DNA of 51,783 nucleotides from a virus (lineage: Duplodnaviria; Caudoviricetes): positions 1-51,783 of IMG/VR virus record IMGVR_UViG_3300031652_000006. One strand, written 5' to 3'. Of this stretch, positions 46,717 through 51,783 are shown piece after piece (the first letter of the stretch is position 1; every line of letters begins with the position of its first letter). The translations under genes and the position numbers were made by a program. The notes under the pieces were generated by a model that saw nothing but the letters and a program-made list of their open reading frames with translations, ran no database searches and was not told the origin of the DNA.

Positions 46717-47082
46717 ATGAAAAATTCAGTCAAACGATGTGAACGAAGTTATAAGATGTTTTATTTTTCAGGAACACCGGTCCTGGCAGAAGTTACCTTG
46801 CTACAACCTTGGACACTGCTTGATGTAGGACTTAACTTTAATGTCGCCTCAACACAAGACAACGAGCTTGTTACTATTAATAGAATTGATACAGCTATGA
46901 ATTCTTGGTTACTAAGCTGTTTTGATCCGAGTAAATTAAGCGCTCCTGAGGATGTCTCTAAAGTTTGTCGCTTTGAAAAGGGTTTTCAAGCTAATGATAC
47001 TGTATCGATTAGTTTTCTAAACACAGACCAACGAAATATTAATGTTTGCGTTCAGTACGAAATAAACTACGATATTGGTTGA
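46717..47082 (+). CDS. Hypothetical protein
   Basis: SD AAGGAG. Confidence 0.7.
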   Translation: MKNSVKRCERSYKMFYFSGTPVLAEVTLLQPWTLLDVGLNFNVASTQDNELVTINRIDTAMNSWLLSCFDPSKLSAPEDVSKVCRFEKGFQANDTVSISFLNTDQRNINVCVQYEINYDIG

Positions 47083-47091
47083 GGTTATAAA

Positions 47092-47346
47092 ATGAAATCA
47101 ATGAAGTATATAATAGGTGTTTTGATAATGACGAGTTTTATCGGTACGTACACATTTTTTAATAGTACCGATAATCAAATACCAAACGAAATTCCAAACA
47201 CTATGGTTTTGTCTGATTGTGAAAATTGTTTAGATGCAAGTACAGACGCGGACACAGATACAGATATTGACGTCGATACAGATACAGATGTCGACACGGA
47301 CACAGACGCCGATACAGATACGGATACTGATACGGATGCAGATTAA
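47092..47346 (+). CDS. Exported or membrane-anchored peptide with (DT/DA/DV)n acidic tail
   Basis: N-terminal hydrophobic segment; 6-bp degenerate repeats ~47233-47343. Confidence 0.75.
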   Translation: MKSMKYIIGVLIMTSFIGTYTFFNSTDNQIPNEIPNTMVLSDCENCLDASTDADTDTDIDVDTDTDVDTDTDADTDTDTDTDAD

Positions 47347-47764
47347 CGGACGACAAAAAGGTGCACAAGCAGAAAGAGAAGTTATCAAAAAGCTACAAGC
47401 TGTTGTAGATTATGTTCTCGGAAAAGATATGTGTGTATTAAAGCGTAACCTAGAACAATATCGTGGTGGTGGCGCCGATGTAACTTGTTCCGTGGAAAGA
47501 TATGACTTGTTCTCTTTTGAAATTAAGCGTTGTGAGAAGTTGATGCTTGAAAAGTTTTGGAAGCAAACATTGAAGCAAGCTAAACAATCAAAACGTCGGC
47601 CCGTGTTAATTTTTCGGCGTAATAGAGAATCCTGGTCTGCTATGATCTTTATAAATTTAGGTACACAAAAAAATATCAAGGCTATTATTTCGTTGAATGA
47701 TTTTTTGAAATATTATGCTGAAATGTTAAACAGAAAGAGTAAAAAATGCAAGTTGCACACGTAA
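47336..47764 (+). CDS. Holliday junction resolvase-like PD-(D/E)XK nuclease
   Basis: KGAQAERE, RNLEQ..GGAD, EIKR.E, WKQ..QA, PVLIFRRNR. Confidence 0.85.
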   Translation: MQINGRQKGAQAEREVIKKLQAVVDYVLGKDMCVLKRNLEQYRGGGADVTCSVERYDLFSFEIKRCEKLMLEKFWKQTLKQAKQSKRRPVLIFRRNRESWSAMIFINLGTQKNIKAIISLNDFLKYYAEMLNRKSKKCKLHT

Positions 47765-48108
47765 CAGGAGCTATAGCCGCAGATGATTCTATATTAGGTT
47801 TTAAAAATAAAAGTGTTGCTATAGAAGTAGCTTATCGTTTGAGACAAGCTGGTTATGCAGTTATATGTGTGCATGAAAATTTGGTTGGTAGTGATGTGCT
47901 GAATCACCAACAATGGCTAAAACATGATTTGGCAATCTTAGAGCGTTGTGATGTGTGTGTTGTGTGCGATAACTGGTATGATTCAAAAGGAAGTATAGAA
48001 GAAATTCAGTTCTGTTTAGATCGTAATATTAAGTTAATACGAGCATCTATAAAAGATAAGCTTCTAATATTAACAGATTTTGTTTTTAGTAGACCGACCG
48101 AGGTATGA
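47746..48108 (+). CDS. DUF4406 / nucleoside deoxyribosyltransferase-like protein
   Basis: WL..DL..LERCD..W..SKG..E. Confidence 0.8.
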   Translation: MQVAHVTGAIAADDSILGFKNKSVAIEVAYRLRQAGYAVICVHENLVGSDVLNHQQWLKHDLAILERCDVCVVCDNWYDSKGSIEEIQFCLDRNIKLIRASIKDKLLILTDFVFSRPTEV

Positions 48109-48290
48109 CTAATATGGATTTGCGATTCTTTATATTGTTGTTTGTAATAAGTGGTGCAGATCTTTATGAATATAACTTTGGAGTGTCTGTGTATGGCATT
48201 TTGTTTTTATTTTCCGTAGTGGCGATTTTTATAGAGTTGATAATGAGATACATAAATTATTTTACAAAAAGAAAAAATAATAATGACTGA
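48105..48290 (+). CDS. Small two-TM membrane protein
   Basis: Two hydrophobic helices and a basic C-terminus. Confidence 0.6.
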   Translation: MTNMDLRFFILLFVISGADLYEYNFGVSVYGILFLFSVVAIFIELIMRYINYFTKRKNNND

Positions 48291-49047
48291 CGCGAAAATA
48301 AAAATTGATTTAACTGAATTTAGTAAAACAGCTCGAAAGCATATTAAAAGAGATTGGCCTGCTTTTGTTGTCAATGCTTTTTCAGAAATGGCTGAAATGG
48401 CCAGAGATGGTGCGCGAATCTTAACGGGGCAACGATTTAAACTACACTCCGATTATGTGATTAAAGGTATCAAGCATTATCCACAAAATGCCAATCAAAA
48501 GAACATGGCAGCGCAAGCGTTGAAAAAACATGGTGATATGAATGCATCGGTATATTTACGTGGTGCTAGAAATGCAAAGAAAAGTTTGCAATTTATGGCA
48601 GATCATGAGTTTGGAGAACAGCGTAATGCGCAAAATAAGTATATCGCTGTTCCGACTAAAATGTTAAAGAGTAAAAATTTTCGAAGTAATAGAGGTAGAG
48701 TCAAGAAATCTTTTACCCCTAAACATCTTTTGAAACGATTCAATGAATCGGGTAGTACGTTTGATGGTAATACCACACGATCTAAAAGTAGAGTACGTAA
48801 AAAACGTATGCCAGGTAGTCCTTTCATTGTTATGGGGTCGTCCGGTAGACCATTTATTGTTAGACAAGTTCGACGTTCTAAAAAGAATAGTAAAGGTAAA
48901 TTAGAGTTCTTGTATATACTTAACCCTAGTGTCAATATAAAATTGAAGTGGGGTTTTGTTAAGATTGTATACCGTGTCGTTAGAGCGAATTATAGTAAAG
49001 TATTAGGTAAATATTACAAACGATTGCCTAATTATCGAGGAAAATAA
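48283..49047 (+). CDS. Basic protein, possibly tail-completion (gpZ-like)
   Basis: R/K-rich; FMADHEFG, IAVP, PFIV, LY.L..SV.I pattern. Confidence 0.5.
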   Translation: MTDAKIKIDLTEFSKTARKHIKRDWPAFVVNAFSEMAEMARDGARILTGQRFKLHSDYVIKGIKHYPQNANQKNMAAQALKKHGDMNASVYLRGARNAKKSLQFMADHEFGEQRNAQNKYIAVPTKMLKSKNFRSNRGRVKKSFTPKHLLKRFNESGSTFDGNTTRSKSRVRKKRMPGSPFIVMGSSGRPFIVRQVRRSKKNSKGKLEFLYILNPSVNIKLKWGFVKIVYRVVRANYSKVLGKYYKRLPNYRGK

Positions 49048-49072
49048 TTTTTCACGCTTTTTTAATAAAAGC

Positions 49073-49100
49073 TTGACAGCTTATTAAAAAAGGCTAGACT
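49073..49100 (+). promoter_or_regulatory. Putative sigma70 promoter TTGACA-16-TAGACT
   Basis: Near-consensus boxes, AT-rich upstream tract, SD AGGAGG downstream. Confidence 0.65.
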
Positions 49101-49117
49101 CAATAATAGGAGGTGTA

Positions 49118-49648
49118 GTGATGAAAAACTCGATATTTTGTTTTATGTTATTAGCAAGCATTTTGTTTGGTTGCTTAGAAGCAGAAACTATATATATTGA
49201 TAAAAATTGTAACATGGATGAGATACAAGCGATATTTCGAGCGGTCGATAAAATTAATGCTGTCTTAGGGTACAAAGAAGTTGCGGTTGTCGGCAGTAAA
49301 AAGGTTGATTACGAAATTGAAGCTAATGAAACAAACGGTGTATCGATGTTCATGTGCATTTCCAGCAACTCAGATGGCGCACATTTTCCTAAGTTTGATA
49401 TTAGTGTTGGACGTAACTGGCGAGATGATATTTATGTACGCTCGGATATAACAACGTACGGTGATTATGGTATTCGAGGTTTTGAGTCAGTGGCTATGCA
49501 TGAGCTGATGCACTTTATCGGTGTTGGTGGTGATGAACACACAAATGATTCAAACGATGTGATTAGTAAGTATTTTAATCCAAGTACTATGCCGATTGAA
49601 TACTCTGACACTGATAAAGAACTAATAAAGAAATATTCAAGGAGATGA
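49118..49648 (+). CDS. Zinc metalloprotease lipoprotein (matrixin/metzincin-like)
   Basis: Lipobox LFGC; HELMHFIGVGGDEH. Confidence 0.8.
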   Translation: MMKNSIFCFMLLASILFGCLEAETIYIDKNCNMDEIQAIFRAVDKINAVLGYKEVAVVGSKKVDYEIEANETNGVSMFMCISSNSDGAHFPKFDISVGRNWRDDIYVRSDITTYGDYGIRGFESVAMHELMHFIGVGGDEHTNDSNDVISKYFNPSTMPIEYSDTDKELIKKYSRR

Positions 49649-49651
49649 TAA

Positions 49652-50134
49652 ATGAATATAACAGTAAGGGTTAATCCATTTACTAATGAGGTGATTTGTT
49701 GCCAGCGATTTAGTTTTTTGATAGAGGCTAATTTGCAGAAAGCGGATTTGCGATATGTGGATTTGCAAAACGCGAATTTGCGCTATGCGAATTTGCAGGA
49801 AACAGATTTGCGGTGTGCGGATTTAAGATACTCAGATTTGCAGGAAACGTATTTGAAATACGTGAATTTGCAGGAAGCGAATTTATCGCATGTGAACTTT
49901 GGACAATCATATTTGCAAAAAGCGAATTTAAAGCATGCTATTTTGAGACAAGCGGATTTGTGTCACGCTAATTTGCAGTACGCGGATTTGCGTCACGCTG
50001 ATTTGCGTTATGCTGATTTGCGTTACGCTGATTTGCGTCACGCTAATTTGCGTCACGCTGATTTGCGTCACGCTGATTTGCGTTACGCTGATTTGAGTCA
50101 CATTGATTTGAGTCACACATCGATAAAGAATTAA
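49652..50134 (+). CDS. Pentapeptide-repeat protein
   Basis: A(D/N)Lxx repeats; 15-bp DNA units. Confidence 0.95.
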   Translation: MNITVRVNPFTNEVICCQRFSFLIEANLQKADLRYVDLQNANLRYANLQETDLRCADLRYSDLQETYLKYVNLQEANLSHVNFGQSYLQKANLKHAILRQADLCHANLQYADLRHADLRYADLRYADLRHANLRHADLRHADLRYADLSHIDLSHTSIKN

Positions 50135-50160
50135 TAAAGAAATATTCGAGGAGATAATAA

Positions 50161-50862
50161 ATGAATATAACAATTAAAGTTAATCCGTTTACTAACAAGG
50201 TTATTTGTTGTCAGCAGTTTGATACTTTGCGGAAAGCTGATTTACGGCGCGCGAATTTGCAAGGCGCGAATTTGTGGCACGCGAATTTGCAAGACGCGTA
50301 TTTGTGGCACGCGAATTTGCAAGACGCGAATTTGCAAGACGCGGATTTGCAAGGCGCGAATTTGCAAGACGCGGATTTGCAAGGCGCGGATTTGCAAGAC
50401 GCGGATTTGCAAGGCGCGAATTTGTGGCACGCGAATTTGCAAGACGCGAATTTGCGGCATGCGAATTTGCAAGACGCGTATTTGTGGCACGCGAATTTGC
50501 AAGACGCGTATTTGTGGCACGCGAATTTGCAAGGCGCGAATTTGCAAGACGCGGATTTGCAAGGCGCGAATTTGTGGCACGCGAATTTGCAAGGCGCGAA
50601 TTTGCGGCATGCGAATTTGCAAGGCGCGAATTTGCAAGACGCGGATTTGCAAGGCGCGAATTTGGATTTTTCTTCTGGTATATCATTATGGTGTGGAGGT
50701 CAGAGTATTAAATTAGACACGAAGCAATTGAAACAAATTCTCTCGCATACCTTTTCTATGCAATCGAACGATGCTGAGTATTTGCGGTTGAGAGAAGAAG
50801 CGAGAAAATTTTGTTTTGAGTCACATATAGCACAGCATATTGACTGGCTCAAAGAAAGGTAA
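50161..50862 (+). CDS. Pentapeptide-repeat protein with C-terminal LWCGG domain
   Basis: A(N/D/Y)L(QG/QD/WH/RH) repeats. Confidence 0.95.
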   Translation: MNITIKVNPFTNKVICCQQFDTLRKADLRRANLQGANLWHANLQDAYLWHANLQDANLQDADLQGANLQDADLQGADLQDADLQGANLWHANLQDANLRHANLQDAYLWHANLQDAYLWHANLQGANLQDADLQGANLWHANLQGANLRHANLQGANLQDADLQGANLDFSSGISLWCGGQSIKLDTKQLKQILSHTFSMQSNDAEYLRLREEARKFCFESHIAQHIDWLKER

Positions 50863-50868
50863 TTCAAA

Positions 50869-51465
50869 ATGTTTTTTAAAGATTATATTGAAGAAGCCGT
50901 TAAGACCGAGTCGAATGATTTTGATGCCATCGGTGGACGCCTCAATAACGAATACGTCGTCAGAATGTTGCACGCTGGTTTGGGTATGGTTACAGAAACT
51001 AGTGAATTGTTTGCTGCAATAGATAAAATGGACTTAGTAAATATAAGAGAGGAGTTAGGTGACTTGTTCTGGTATATAGCTATAGCTTATGATTCTATTA
51101 ACACGGAATGTGAGTTCACCTCTAAATGCTATCCATATGTTCCTTTGTCAAATTGGTGGAAAGGTTGTGGAGAGTATAAAATGGAGCATTTGCTACTACG
51201 CAGTATAAGTGAATTCATCGACTCTATTAAGAAGAATATATTTTATGGTAAACCTTTAGAAAGAAAAGAAGTACTATATACGTTACAAAGTATATTTAAT
51301 AAGACTTTTTGGATTATGGGTTCGTTTGATTGCATAGACTTAGATAGTGTATTGACGGACAACATTAAGAAGCTTCAACTAAATAGGTATGATGGATCAT
51401 TTAGTGAGGAGCGTGCGTTGAATCGTGATGTTGAGAATGAGCTTAGTCATATGAAGGAGAAGTAA
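50869..51465 (+). CDS. MazG-like nucleotide pyrophosphohydrolase
   Basis: LG..TE..E, EELGDLFWY, NIKKL..RY. Confidence 0.88.
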   Translation: MFFKDYIEEAVKTESNDFDAIGGRLNNEYVVRMLHAGLGMVTETSELFAAIDKMDLVNIREELGDLFWYIAIAYDSINTECEFTSKCYPYVPLSNWWKGCGEYKMEHLLLRSISEFIDSIKKNIFYGKPLERKEVLYTLQSIFNKTFWIMGSFDCIDLDSVLTDNIKKLQLNRYDGSFSEERALNRDVENELSHMKEK

Positions 51466-51704
51466 TGATGCTGGAAAGACACGACGCAATAGAGCGTGCT
51501 CAAAGTTTGGTAGGTACCACAGTGTTATATAAGAGTATAGATCATAACGATAATGTCTATACATCTAGCAGTACAGTTAGTCATTTTATTATATACAAAG
51601 ATTGTATAACTGTGTTTCTATACGAAGCAGACATGGAAGTACCTTTAGAGGCTTGCTTTAACTTTAGATACAAGGAAATTTGTTATGTTAATTCTGATTA
51701 TTAA
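51465..51704 (+). CDS. Hypothetical protein
   Basis: SD AAGGAG; TAATG coupling. Confidence 0.7.
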   Translation: MMLERHDAIERAQSLVGTTVLYKSIDHNDNVYTSSSTVSHFIIYKDCITVFLYEADMEVPLEACFNFRYKEICYVNSDY

Positions 51705-51742
51705 TAAGCAACAAGCGTGCCATATTAAATTTAATAAGGCTT

Positions 51743-51749
51743 GGGTCCT
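51743..51749 (+). other. cosQ-like packaging termination signal GGGTCCT
   Basis: Identical to lambda cosQ; 21-nt spacer to the terminal repeat; gpA-type terminase present. Confidence 0.7.
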
Positions 51750-51770
51750 TCTAAACACCTATAAAATAAG

Positions 51771-51783
51771 GGTCACGGCAAAG
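51771..51783. repeat. Terminal direct repeat, right copy
   Basis: Identical to 1-13. Confidence 0.95.

Noticed and set aside
49728-50716. Alternative-frame and antisense repeat ORFs (ICKAR, REFAR, QIRVL, RLANS)
   Set aside because: Shadows of stop-free 15-bp repeats; only the A(D/N)Lxx frame has an RBS and matches a known family.
1-51783. Genome-wide stop codon reassignment
   Set aside because: All core genes are full length in code 11, and TAA, TAG and TGA all end well-defined genes.

Overview
This window is very likely a complete, AT-rich (estimated by eye), ~51.8 kb dsDNA myophage genome. It has a lambda-like packaging/head module (Nu1-like and gpA terminase, gpW, portal, S49 protease, decoration protein, gpE capsid) joined to a Mu-like contractile tail and baseplate (1.2-25.4 kb, + strand). 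A leftward arm (25.4-40.4 kb, - strand) carries PolA, a beta-clamp, helicase, exonucleases, SSB and Sak4 plus many small accessory genes. A rightward arm (40.6-51.7 kb) carries an HTH, a primase-helicase, dCMP deaminase, a resolvase, a metalloprotease lipoprotein, pentapeptide-repeat proteins and MazG. I recognised no integrase, tRNA, CRISPR array or endolysin. Main observations: (1) an array of small, mostly acidic single-gene cassettes at 30.0-32.35 kb, each separated by a ~60-nt GC-rich hairpin repeat that begins at the upstream stop codon, behind a duplicated promoter; (2) a 13-aa stretch of the primase-helicase copied, with only synonymous changes, into a small unrelated gene; (3) a 13-nt terminal duplication starting after a 21-nt spacer from an exact lambda cosQ motif, probably the cohesive end; (4) a palindromic bidirectional promoter with a structured leader; (5) a candidate anti-Shine-Dalgarno sRNA; (6) a CCCTTTT -1 frameshift in the tail chaperone; (7) two paralog families and several interrupted genes, two with a single in-frame TAG. 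All product calls come from motif and synteny recognition by eye; no database searches were run.
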